A DNA stretch of 64,000 bases from Octopus sinensis (Eukaryota), in contig NC_043022.1 in NCBI RefSeq assembly GCF_006345805.1, forward strand, positions 21,576,001-21,640,000, in the 5' to 3' direction. Positions within the stretch are counted from its first letter, which is position 1, and every line of letters starts with the position of its first letter. The position numbers and the translations under genes are program-made. Shown one piece after another: positions 51,811-63,514 of this stretch. The notes below the pieces were generated by a model, which saw nothing but the letters and a program-made list of their open reading frames with translations, searched no databases and had not been told where the DNA came from.

Positions 51811-52791
51811 ACAGCTTTGGTCTGGAGCTGAGCATGGCAATGATCATTGGCTCATTGTAAATAAAGTTGAAATTTAGAAGCAGGAGATATCCTCAGGGCA
51901 AGCCATCACCAAGGAAGCTGAGGATGGAGAATCTCATATCATCAGTATTTCAAGTAGACTAAACAATAAACAGACACACACACACACAAACATAAATGCA
52001 GGCTTATATATATATATTCACACACAAACACGTATGTACACATTAACACATATACATACACACTAACATATATGCACACTTATATTCACACACATACAAA
52101 AACACACTAAGACACACAAATACACACAGAAACACGCCCATACACATGCACTGTATTTTTTAAATGTTTACTTCAAGTAGATACAGAAATATTAAAAGAA
52201 ATGTAATTAACTTCCTGTGTTTTTGAGACTGACTCCAAGGAAATATATATATATATGTTCCATAAATCATGATAATCATCATCATCTTCTTCAAATAACT
52301 TTAGCAATATTTGAAAAGAAATTGCATTGAGATATCATCCCAGATTCCAGCACAGAGTTAAACCTGCAGCAGTTTTACTATAATAAATAATAAATACATA
52401 TTCTGAGGGTGGGAATTTTTTTCTCTTCCCTCTACTTACTACAATCTTGTAGCCAGGGGGATAAAATGGAACAGCTTACAGTATATGTATGGATGAATGT
52501 ATGCATACAGGAATATTTATACATACATACATGTGTATGTGTGTATTTCATCTTTATTTTTTACTTGTTTCAGTCACTTTGATTGTGGCCATGTACTGCC
52601 TTTAAAAATTTCTTTAGCTGAATGAGCCAATCCCAGTACTTGATATTTTTGCTAAGCCTAATACTTAATTTATCAGTTTTTTTACTGAACTGCTAAGTTA
52701 TGGGGCCAAAAACACACCAACACTCGTTGTTAGGTGGTAGTAGGAGGAATACACACACACACACATACACTGAACCTGAAACCATGTGGTT

Positions 52792-52869
<78 letters not shown>

Positions 52870-52879
52870 ATCCAAACAA

Positions 52880-53066
52880 GAAAGCACAAAAAAACACAAC
52901 AACGCGAGGACGTGGAACAAATATAGTATTATTGGACGCTCAGGAACAAAGGAAAGAAGGAGGGTTTAACGTTTCGAGCGGAGCTCTTTGTCGGAAACAT
53001 AGGAGAAGGAAAGATCCAGAGAAGGGAAGACAGAGGGAAAAAAATCGCCAACGGTAAACACGAGAT

Positions 53067-53090
<24 letters not shown>
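52880..53090 (-). mobile_element. Penelope-like pseudo-LTR relic with hammerhead motif (52964-52998)
   Basis: GUUU-CCGACAA-A-GAGC-UCC-GCUC-GAAAC-GUU-AAAC: stems I and II intact, palindromic AACGUU, core G8 mutated. Confidence 0.55.
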
Positions 53091-53108
<18 letters not shown>

Positions 53109-53447
53109 CACACACACATTTGGACAAACACTTGACACAGTCACACAGATAAAAAAAAAATTGTTTAATAGGCACAACTTAAGGGTCTCCTTCAGTTGCA
53201 TGCCTAACATTAAATTTTTTGTGAGGATCCCCAAGCCATGAGCAGAGGAGGCAGCATACTCATGTAGGATATACAATGACTGCCCAGTGATGGTTGTGGG
53301 AGGACGCATGTGAAACCGAAAGGGTTGTATGAGGGTGAGGTGGTAGCTGGCACTGGCAACCAGTGTAACAGACTAGGCAGTAACAATGGTAGTGGTAACA
53401 TCAAAGAGCAAAGGCAGCAATACCAACAGTTATAACAGCAGCAGCGT

Positions 53448-53700
53448 GGAGGCACGTGGCTCAGTGGTTAGGGTGTCAGCATCATGATCGTAAGATTGTG
53501 CTTTCGATTCCTGGACCGGGCAACGTGTTGTGTTCTTGAGCAAAACACTTCATTTCACGTTGCTCCAGTCCACTCAGCTGGCAAAAATGAATAACGCTAC
53601 GATGGACTGGCGTCCTGTCCAGCTGGGGAACACATACACCATAGAAACCAGGAAACTGGGCTCATGAGCCTGGCTAGGCTTTAAAAAAGGGCGCATTTAT
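53448..53700 (+). mobile_element. tRNA-derived SINE with CORE-like centre and family-C tail
   Basis: TGGCTCAGTGGTTAGGGTG head; TTGAGCAAAACACTTCATTTCACGTTGCTCCAGTCCACTCAGCTG; ACGATGGACTGGCGTCCTGTCCAG; tail as at 37.3 kb. Confidence 0.82.
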
Positions 53701-53795
53701 TATTTTTTTTTATGACAGCAGCAGCAACACCAACACTGTGCCTAGAAATGGCTGCTATGCCAGGGGCAACGGAACCGCCAAAATCATGTCCAGGA

Positions 53796-54075
53796 ATTTT
53801 ATATATTGTAGAATAGCAGTGTTTTTAGTACACCTGATACACATGTGTTTTCAAGCTATACATAGCAGCTAACTTTCTGTACCAGATGGGTTACAAACTT
53901 GTAAAGGTGCATTTAGAACAGTTTTTGTGATACTGGATTTCAAAGTTTAGATGCCAACCCCGCTGTCTACTGCTAAAATAAGTAAACCAGAATGCAAAAG
54001 AAATGAAGGTAAAAAAAGAAAATCTAACAGTACAATAGAAGTGTTACTATATTTAGATTCTTGAAATGATGAGGG
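53796..54075. repeat. ~280-bp repeat, inverted partner at 62408-62688
   Basis: Reverse-complement match, about 90 percent or better by eye, with a 5-bp indel. Confidence 0.9.
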
Positions 54076-54660
54076 CAGCACCGGCAGTGACTCCAGCAAC
54101 AACAACAACGACAATACCACAGATTTGCTTGTCAGTTGCTTGACATTAACCACTTGAGCATGTCCCTTAGTGGCTGAAAGTATGCGCATCTCTGATCATA
54201 AGCAGGAGTAGTAGAGGGGCATTATAGTCAGTGTGTTTAAGAGGGATTCTTTGGGGTTTGAATAAATGTAACAAAAGCAAAGTCTGAAGGAAATATTAGC
54301 TGGGTGCCCTTCCTAATACCAACCACTCTGCAGGGTGTAATTTTGGTGAGAGTGAGCAAGGATGAGATTGTTTTCATTGGTATGTTTATGCCCACATCAC
54401 AAACTTATTTCTCTCCATTAATTACATTTTTTAATACTTACCAAGTGAAAAACATGCAATGCATCTATGGACAACATCTTCAGCTGTTTTTTATTAAGAT
54501 TTAAAATGTCTTTTACACACATACCCCCACCCCACCACAAAAATATAATGAAATAAAACACAAATATGCATACAAACAACATGCATGCACATACATGAAA
54601 CACACACACATACACAGCATGAAACACTCAAAGACCATTCAACACACTCTTGCCTATAAG

Positions 54661-54703
<43 letters not shown>

Positions 54704-55224
54704 TAAATAAAACATATGCATACATATATACATATATGTACGTACCTACCTCTACTTGTATATATACACGCATATATGAGTATAGGACACCAAAAAAACG
54801 TTGAACACAATGAGAAACGAAAACATAGACACAAACCCAAGGAACTGGACATTTTTTTAAACAACAAAAAAATAGAGTACAGAACAATTAACACAAAGAA
54901 AAAAACCCTTCTTCAGTCGCCATGGTTTCATCTACTCTACGTTTCGAAGGTGAAGGCGAGACGTATCTTCGATAAGAAACTTTCCTTTCCGCGAAAAGCA
55001 AATTAAATAAAATTTGAGATCTTTTTGCAGAGGGGTAAAAATGGTAACAAAAACAGGACAGTAACGACAGTACAAAATATAAGCAGTAAAAGACAGGACA
55101 AGGAAAAACAAGATAAGAAGGGCTGTTAATGCCAAACGAAAAAAAGTATTACGAACACTGATTTCTGTATATATATATATAAACAAGCACACATCAGAAA
55201 TAGAAAACACATAAACACACACAC

Positions 55225-55715
55225 ACAAATAAACTAGCACAGACTCACACTTACATACACACACGTGAAATACACATACACACAAAAGTAATATTACAAA
55301 ATAATCACACACACACACACTAGCAGAGACTTACACTATCATACACACACGAAATATATATACACACAAAAATAACGTTATAAAATAATCACAAGCAATG
55401 CACACACACATGCAGAGACTCACAGTATTATACACACGCAAAATATACATACACACAAAAATAACATTATAAAATAATCACACGCAATGCATACACACAT
55501 ACACACACACACACACACACGCACACACACACACATACACACACACACTAGCAGAGACTCAAAGTATCATACACACAAAAATAACATCAAAAAATAATCA
55601 CACGCAATGCACACACACACAGACACACACTAGCAGAGATTCACACTATCATATACACGCGAATTATACATACACACAAAAGTAACATTATAAAATAATC
55701 ACACACACACACCAT
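55225..55715. repeat. CA-rich ~90-bp minisatellite, 5-6 degenerate units
   Basis: Recurring ACTAGCAGAGACTCACACTATCATACAC...AAAATAACATTATAAAATAATCACAC. Confidence 0.8.
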
Positions 55716-55959
55716 ACAACCTTGTCTATGATATTAATTCCTTTATCCAGAAAAACATGACTATGAATTCTAAGTTGAATATTTTCTCAGGGTAAATTGG
55801 AAAAAAAAAAAGAGAAGAAATAAACAAAAGGAGATGAAATGAAAGGAAATAAATAAGTACTGGGGCTTGATTCATTCAACAACAGAATTTTCCAAGGCAG
55901 TGCCCTAGCACTGAACTGAAGCAAATAAAAGATAACAATGGCGACAACACTGCCGTCAT

Positions 55960-56530
55960 TGTCATCAACATCGGTTATGAATGACCATGGGATTGCACCT
56001 AGAAAGTTTCCCTCTGAGGCACAAGTCTGGGCAAGGTTGATTATGGAAGATCAGCAGTCACCCATGTATACCTATTTCTTTACTACCTACAAGGGGCTAA
56101 ACACAGAGGGGACAAACAAGGACAGACAAACGGATTAAGTTGATTACATCGACCCCAGTGCGTAACTGGTACTTATTTCATCGACCCCGAAAGGATGAAA
56201 GGCAAAGTCGACCTCGGCGGAATTTGAACTCAGAACATAACTGCAGACGAAATACTGGAAAGCATTTTGCCCGGCGCGCTAACGTTTCTGCAATCACCCA
56301 TGTATACCAGCCGCCCCTCTCCACAAGACCAATGTTATGTAAGGGAAACATAAAGGCTGATACAGCATGGCACCAGTGACGTTGCACCTCGTTTCTACAG
56401 CTGAGTGGACTGGAGCAACGTGAAATAAAGTGCCTTGCTCAAGAACATAATACTCAGCCTAGTTTGGGAATAAAACTCACTACCTCACGATTGTGAACCT
56501 GACACTCTAACCATTGAGCCATGCGCCTTC
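55960..56530 (-). mobile_element. CORE-like SINE containing a family B SINE (56072-56293) with 14-15-bp TSD
   Basis: TCACCCATGTATAC at 56058-56071 and 56294-56307; a second tandem host copy at 56545-56790 plus 57210-57260. Confidence 0.8.
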
Positions 56531-56792
56531 ACATATAAACCCCCTTTGGTGATGAATGAGCATAGGATTGCACCTAGAAAGTTCTGCTCCGAGGCACAAG
56601 TCGAGGCAATGTTGCTTATGGAAAACCAGCAGTCACCCATGCCTACCAGTCTCTCCTCTACACACCACCAATGTTGTCCAAGAGCAAGGCAAAGGCTGAT
56701 ACAGCATGGCACCAGTGACATTGCACCTCGTTTCTACAGCTGAGTGGACTGTATTGCAACACATAGCCCAGTACCAGAATCAAACTCACTAT

Positions 56793-56952
56793 GCAGGAGT
56801 GGCTGTGTGGTAAGTAGCTTGCTTACCAACCACATGGTTCCAGGTTCAGTCCCACTGCATGGCACCTTGGGCAAGTGTCTTCTACTATAACCTCGGGCCG
56901 ACCAAAGCCTTGTGAGTGGATTTGGTAGACGGAAACTGAAAGAAGCCCATCG

Positions 56953-56991
<39 letters not shown>

Positions 56992-57207
56992 ATGTTTGTG
57001 TGTCTGTGTTTGTCCCTCTAGCATTGCTTGACAACCGATGCTGGTGTGTTTATGTCCCCGTCACTTAGTGATTCAGCAAAAGAGACTGATAGAATAAGTA
57101 CTGGGCTTACAAAGAATAAGTCCCGGGATCAAGTTGCTCGACTAAAGGCGGTGCTCCAGCATAGCCGCAGTCAACTTACTGAAACAAGTAAAAGAGAGAG
57201 TAAAGAG
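56793..57207 (+). mobile_element. SINE family A inserted in the second CORE-like SINE
   Basis: Full head and tail; host sequence resumes after the tail. Confidence 0.9.
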
Positions 57208-58019
57208 AATTACCTCATGACTGTGAGCCCGACACCCTAACAACTGAGCTATGCACCTTCACATATATTTATATGTTTAACTGTGTGTGCCTTTGCGTCT
57301 GTTTGTCATCCTCCAATGTCGTTTGACAACTGGTGTCAATTTGTTTCATCTCTGTCACTTAGCAGTTCAGCAAAAGAGACCAACAGAATAAGTACCAGTC
57401 TGTGGGGGGAGAAAAAAAATACTGGAGTCGATTTGGTTGACTAAACCCCTATAAGGTGATGCCCCAAAGTTCAATGACTGAAACAAGTCGTATATATGTG
57501 TATATGTATGTATGTGTGTATATGTTTGTGTGTCTGCGTTTGTCCCCCCAGCATCGCTTGTCAACCGATGCTGGTGTGTTTACGCCCCTGTAACTTAGCG
57601 GTTCGGCAAAAGAGACCGATCGAATAAGTACTAGGCTTACAAAGAATAAGTCATGGGGTCGATTTGCTCGACTAAAGGCGGTGCTCCAGCATGGCCACAG
57701 TCACATGACTGAAACAAGTAAAAAGTAAGTAAAAAAGTAAGTAAGAGATAAAAGACATGAGGAAGATTTTCAAAAGATGTTCAATAAAGCCCTCCTCTTT
57801 CATAACAATATTTCTGTGTTCTATGATTTGCTGCATCAAATCAACCATCAATAGAACTGATGTGGGGTTCAATTTGTATATGTGACTATGTTTACTTGGT
57901 TCTGCTGTTCATCCAGTATTTATTTTTGCTGTCGTACTTTCTTTTACAGCTGTGGTTGTATTTGTCAATGTTAGTTTTGTAATTGTCGGTCAACATCAAT
58001 GGAAATTGTAGCTGTGATA

Positions 58020-58405
58020 CCAGTGCTGGTGGTACGTAAGAGAACCATCCGAACGTCGCCATTGCCAGCACCGCCCCGGCTGGCCTCCATGCCGGTGGCA
58101 CGTAAAAAGCACCATCCGATCGTGGCCGTTGCCAGCCTCATCTGGTCCTCGTGCCAGTGGCACGTAAAAAGCACCATCCGATCGTGGCCGTTTGCCAGCC
58201 TCGTCTGGCACCTGTGCCGGTGACACGTAAAAAGCACCCACTACACTCATGGTGTGGTTGGCGTTAGAAAGGGCATCCAGCCGTAGAAACATTGCCAGAT
58301 CAGACTGGGCCTGGCGCAGCCTTCTGGCTTCCCAGACCCCAGTTGAACCATCCAACCCATGCTAGCATGGAAAGCGAACGTTAAACGATGATGATGATGA
58401 TGATG
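58020..58405 (+). mobile_element. SINE family D with four ~62-66-bp subrepeats
   Basis: GGCACGTAAAAAGCACC-type units at 58031, 58097, 58159, 58222; (GAT)n tail. Confidence 0.9.
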
Positions 58406-58467
58406 TTGCTGTTGGGATTTTGGTGTTGATGGTTTAAAGACAGACTTTCTCTTTTTTACTTTTAGCT

Positions 58468-58678
58468 TTAACCCTTTAGCATTCAGATTACTCAGTCAAA
58501 TCTAATGCTTATTTATTCACATTGTTTTGAATTAATCATGCATTATCATGCATTATCTCATAGCTTTGAGATTCTGATGTGATTATATATTTTTATAATG
58601 ACATTGTAGAGTATGTATGAGAGACCAGAGGTAGAATATTTAGGCTAGATATGGCCAGTTTTAACACTAAAGGGTTAA
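58468..58678. mobile_element. MITE P1
   Basis: TTAA-CCCTTTAGCATTCAG...ACACTAAAGGG-TTAA. Confidence 0.88.
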
Positions 58679-58731
58679 ATTTGGGACAGCCTTTTTTTAA
58701 TAGCTTTTCCTCTTGGTCCAGACATATGTAC

Positions 58732-58813
58732 CTTATGACAAGTTTGATTTTGTCCTCATTGCATAATGCGACTTCTCTTTCAGCCAGGCAGTTTAGCAGA
58801 AACTTATATGAAA
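58732..58813 (-). CDS. Candidate 82-nt internal exon (SYKFLLNCLAEREVALCNEDKIKLVI)
   Basis: caacag acceptor, AAG|GTACAT donor, open frame in non-repeat sequence; no recognisable family. Confidence 0.25.
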
Positions 58814-59131
58814 CTGTTGAAGTGGTGATGACGGTGGTAGTGATGGTGATGACAACAGTGTTGTTGAACTGAACTCAAAGCAACAAAGAGTCAGACTAGA
58901 TGATAGAATATTATTAATATTTAGCCAAATGGACTTCAAGATTGAAAGGAATTAATAAATTCTAAATGGACAGAAAGTAAAGAACAGTTAAATGGCATTA
59001 GTTTGTAATCTCACTTTTTATTGTCAACTGCAGTAATAAAATAGATGAAATGACATCTAGGTTTAAAAGGTTCTAATACAGTAGACAACCAATGCATATA
59101 TGTGTATATATACATAAACTCATACATATGA

Positions 59132-59162
<31 letters not shown>

Positions 59163-59265
59163 AACAGATAAACAACACATACATGCATGTTTATATACAC
59201 AATACCATAGACATACATTCATAAACAAAGTTGTCTGACATCAATTTGTATTGTGTCTTTTGTGT

Positions 59266-59411
59266 TCAAAGGTACAACAATGGAGTGATATTAAGGTGAA
59301 TGTATTGATTAACGGTCCCGGGGGTCAGTGGGGAGTATTGCAATGCAAATCTTTCGTTTGCTTGGTCAAGAATAGCTGCAAGGCCAAAAATTTCCACTGG
59401 AAAATCGACAG
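59266..59411 (-). CDS. Candidate terminal exon (VDFPVEIFGLAAILDQANERFALQYSPLTPGTVNQYIHLNITPLLYL*)
   Basis: Long polypyrimidine tract with CTAAC and CTCAG acceptor, then 47 sense codons to TGA; no family recognised. Confidence 0.22.
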
Positions 59412-59527
59412 CTGAGGTTAGAGAGAGAAGGTGGGAGAGGGATAAGTGAGAGGCAATGTGAGAGAAAAGAAAGGGACAAAAGAAAACGGATGTAACATTT
59501 GTTTGTACATCTATTATTTTCAGTAGT

Positions 59528-59830
59528 GGAGGCACATGGCCTAGTGGTTAGAGCAACGGACTTGCGGTCGAGGGATCACGGTTCAAATCTCAGACCGGGC
59601 GATGTGTGTGTTTATGAGCGAAATACCTAAGCTCCATGCAGCTCTGGCAGAAGGTAATGGTAAACTTCTGCTGACTCATTTGCCACAACTTTCTCATACT
59701 CTTTTCTCCTGCATCTTGCAGCTCACCTGCGACGGACCGGCATCCCATCCAGGTGGGGAACCTATACGCCAAGGAAACCGGGAAACCGGCCTTTATGAGC
59801 CAGGCATGGCTTGAGAAGGAACAAACAAAC
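59528..59830 (+). mobile_element. SINE, family-C-related head, (AAC)n tail
   Basis: TGGCCTAGTGGTTAGAGCAACGGACTTGCGG; CCTGCGACGGACCGGCATCCCATCCAGG; GAAGGAACAAACAAAC. Confidence 0.85.
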
Positions 59831-60594
59831 ACAACTATTATTTTCAGTGCCTCAAAGTAAAAAGTTTTATTGCAAACCTAACAGGGAGTGTCTACTAGAA
59901 CAGTTGTCATTGTTGTTGTGGGCACTGTTGCTGCTTTGGTCTAATTCAACCCTGATTGAGTACCCAATACATTACAACCATAGACAACCCATCTTTTTTC
60001 ATTTTCCAAACTTTTTAAAATGACTTTTAGTCAAAATAGAAGGCACTGCCTGTGACTTTTTATAGGGCTTCTCAGGCAGCTGAGAGGGGGTGAGGGAAGA
60101 AAACATGGTCAGAATGCTTTCAACAGCATGGACTAAAGGCACCTAAGATACTAGGTGGCAGTGACAGTGGTGTTATATCAGGAGATCAAAAGTCTACCAC
60201 CCAAGCAGGCCATGCCAGGGTATGAACTCAGAAGGAACTCAAACTAATATCACAAAACATCTAGTCCAATGTTCTTACATTTCTGCCAATCACACCACTC
60301 TGGATTTGGTACTTTTTTATCAACTCCTGAAAGAAATAAAGGTAAAGTTTATCTTGACAAACTTGAAGTCAGAGATTCCAAACATCCCTTGAACCACGTC
60401 CTCCAATCTTAGAAAGGAAATATGGCTTGATGTAGTAATTATCTTTTATTTTTACTTGTTTCAGTCATTTGGCTGCAGCCATGCTGGGGCATCACCTTGA
60501 AGGGTTTTAGCCAAACAAATCAACTCCAGGACTTTTTCTTTTTTAAAGTCTAGTACTTATTCAATAATGTATACATGCAGTGTATATTTAAAGA

Positions 60595-60641
<47 letters not shown>

Positions 60642-60666
60642 ACTCAGTGGAAAATTATGTAATTTG

Positions 60667-60696
<30 letters not shown>

Positions 60697-60700
<4 letters not shown>

Positions 60701-60971
60701 AAATATTATTAGAGACAAAACCACTATTTTGCAAAACAAACAAGGAAATACTTAATCAATACATAAAATTTTAATAAATAGTCAAAAAAACCGCCACTAC
60801 AATCATAATTTGACACTGAATTATTGGAAGTCCACCTGAAGATTGTCGATCAAGACAAGAAACGATTGTAGTGGCGGTTTTTTTGACTATTTATTAAAAT
60901 TTTATGTATTGATTAAGTATTTCCTTGTTTGTTTTGCAAAATAGTGGTTTTGTCTCTAATAATATTTTATA
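60697..60971. mobile_element. Palindromic Penelope-like element end: perfect 108-bp inverted arms and 59-bp spacer
   Basis: 60697-60804 equals the reverse complement of 60864-60971 with no mismatch seen. Confidence 0.85.
60832..60874 (+). ncRNA. Minimal type-I hammerhead ribozyme, complete core
   Basis: CCAC-CUGAAGA-UUGUC(GAUCAA)GACAA-GAAAC-GAUU-GUA^GUGG; stem I 4 bp, stem II 5 bp; predicted cleavage after 60870. Confidence 0.75.
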
Positions 60972-61069
60972 ATATTTTACTATAAAATTGGATTTAATCC
61001 TAAATCTGATTTTTTCCCTGTAAATTTGGATTTATTCCCTAATATTTATTATATATATGTATATATATA

Positions 61070-61122
<53 letters not shown>

Positions 61123-61321
61123 ATATATATATATATATATGTATATATTTGCAAGGGAAATTGTGTAACACACTGTACAGCATACAAATTAATATTAATT
61201 ATGAAAATTAATTGTTACATATAGACATAGACCCCCACCTCTCTCCTTCTGTATTTGTAAACATTCACAAGCAAACTGTAAAGTTTAATTATATAGACAT
61301 AACTTCAACTGTGATATATTC

Positions 61322-61365
<44 letters not shown>

Positions 61366-61968
61366 TCTTGCTCACACACAGAGCCACCATGAATATAATT
61401 AATTTCAAAGTACATTGAAAAATAGTAGAGTAGGGGTAAGGTAGAGCAGAGTAAAAAGATCTCCTTGCTTGTTTTCAAAATAGTGATGTTTGTGAGATAA
61501 GCCAAAAGTTGAGAAATGTTATCAGTGAGCTGAAAACAAAAAATGGTAACTTATTATCTTGCCAGATAAATTGCCAGCACCAGCTGATGAAGACACAATA
61601 TATCTATGACCATATATATGTGTGTGGAAGTGTGTTGCTGAATTTTATAGTGACTTCCATTTTACTCTAAAGCTTATCAATATCACAGCTTTTGTAACAT
61701 ACTCGTATTTGAATAACCCTTGTTCTGACCATATTTCTATTGAATCACAAGCTATAAGGCCTGGTTATAGGCTTTAATTCATTATGAAAATAATCTACAA
61801 TTTTAATCTTTTTTTCTTCTTTTTTTTTTCATAAATTTTGTCAGAGGAGGAAGCTTCTGAAACTAGGCCTCCAAGCCGAGTGAGAGAGAGACAGGGAGTT
61901 ACCTTCAAACCGGAGACTTAATTCCAAAACACTTTCAACATAGTATTTCATGGAACAAATTTTTACCT

Positions 61969-62197
61969 TTAACCCTCTTGATACTAACCAACCTGAGACA
62001 GCCCCTGGTTCTATGATACAAACTCTGTCTTAAAATTATCTAAATTAAAAACTCCAATCAAAATTTCATATTAATTTCTGTTCCTAACACTAGCTTAAAA
62101 ATGACTAAGCTATTTTACTAAATTCTTCATTATTCTCAAAATTAATTGAAATGAAGACAGTGTGTTTCAACAGAAATATGGTAATAAAAAGGGTTAA
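61969..62197. mobile_element. piggyBac-type MITE, P2-related
   Basis: TTAA-CCCTCTTGATAC...GGTAATAAAAAGGG-TTAA. Confidence 0.8.
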
Positions 62198-62407
62198 AAT
62201 AGTGATTCTCAATCGGGGTCCAAATGGCCCTTGGTCTCCATACAAGATTTCAACCTGTCTGTGTTATTGTTTGTGTGTGTGTTTGTGTGTATACATATGA
62301 AAAATGTCTTATTCACCTCTTATTAATGTGGTATATTTTTATCTGCTTTGTTATGAAACAGTCTTTTTACTCCCATGCTTATGAAAATATAAACATTCGC
62401 CCCCCCC

Positions 62408-62688
62408 CCCTCATCATTTCAAGAATCTAAAAGTAGTAACATTGTACTGTTAGATTTTCTTTTTTTTACCTTCATTTCTTTTGCATTCTGGTTTACTTAT
62501 TTTAGCAGTAGACAGCGGGGTTGGCATCTAAATTTGAAATCCAGTATCACAAAACCTGTTCCAAATGCACCTTTACAAATTTGTAACACATCTGATAAAA
62601 GTACAGAAAGTTAGCTGCTATGTATAGCTTGAAAACACATGTGTATCAGGTGTACTTCAAAACACTGCTATTCTACAATATATAAAAT
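62408..62688. repeat. Inverted partner of 53796-54075
   Basis: Reverse-complement match as above. Confidence 0.9.
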
Positions 62689-63101
62689 GTGACTCCTGCA
62701 CCTAGATAGATATATACATATGAATGTGAACGTGTGTGTGTGTATACATGTGCAATTGTACACATACAAAAATGTGTGTTCATTTTACATGTTTTTCTAT
62801 GCTTAGGTTGGATGGATACTTATTTGAGTCATTGTTTAAGACCAGATTTCCTTCCTGTTGTCAATACTTCTATGTTTTACCTGTTAGGAAGCTTCTATTC
62901 AACTATGTCAAAACTGCAGAGCTTACGGGACATGTTTACTGGCAATGTAAACATGAAGATACGTTTTCTTTTGGTTAGATGATCTCAAGTGAAAAGTAGA
63001 AACAACAATTTCACAGACACACACACATACAAATGTGTTCAATGCAGTTTCTTTCTATGAATTTCACTCACAAGGCATTCATTCATCAGCTCTAAGCAAT
63101 A

Positions 63102-63514
63102 CTCTCTTTTTACTCTTTTACTTGTTTCAGTCATTTGACAGTGGCCATGCTGGAGCACCGCCTTTAGTCGAGCAAATCAACCCCAGGGCTTATTCTTTGA
63201 AAGCCTAGTACTTATTCTATCGGTCTCTTTTGCCGAACCGCTAAGTTACGGGGACGTAAACACACCAGCATCGGTTGTCAAGCGATGTTGGGGGAAACAA
63301 ACACACACACACAAACATATACACAAACACACACATATATATACATATATACGACGGGCTTCCTTCAGTTTCCGTCTACCAAATCCACTCACAAGGCTTT
63401 GGTCGGCCTGAGGCTATAGTAGAAGACACTTGCCCAAGATGCCGCGCAGTGGGACTGAACCCGGGACCATGTGGTTGGTAAGCAAGCTATTTACCACACA
63501 GCTACTCCTACGCC
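63102..63514 (-). mobile_element. SINE family A
   Basis: Matches family A. Confidence 0.93.

Noticed and set aside
62505-62530. Acceptor plus AVDSGVGI* as a terminal exon
   Set aside because: Lies within the repeat that also occurs inverted at 53.8-54.1 kb
6228-63481. Recurrent ORFs such as [44 protein letters not shown] and [24 protein letters not shown]
   Set aside because: They are the antisense reading of SINE family A, open because the consensus lacks stops; not a gene family
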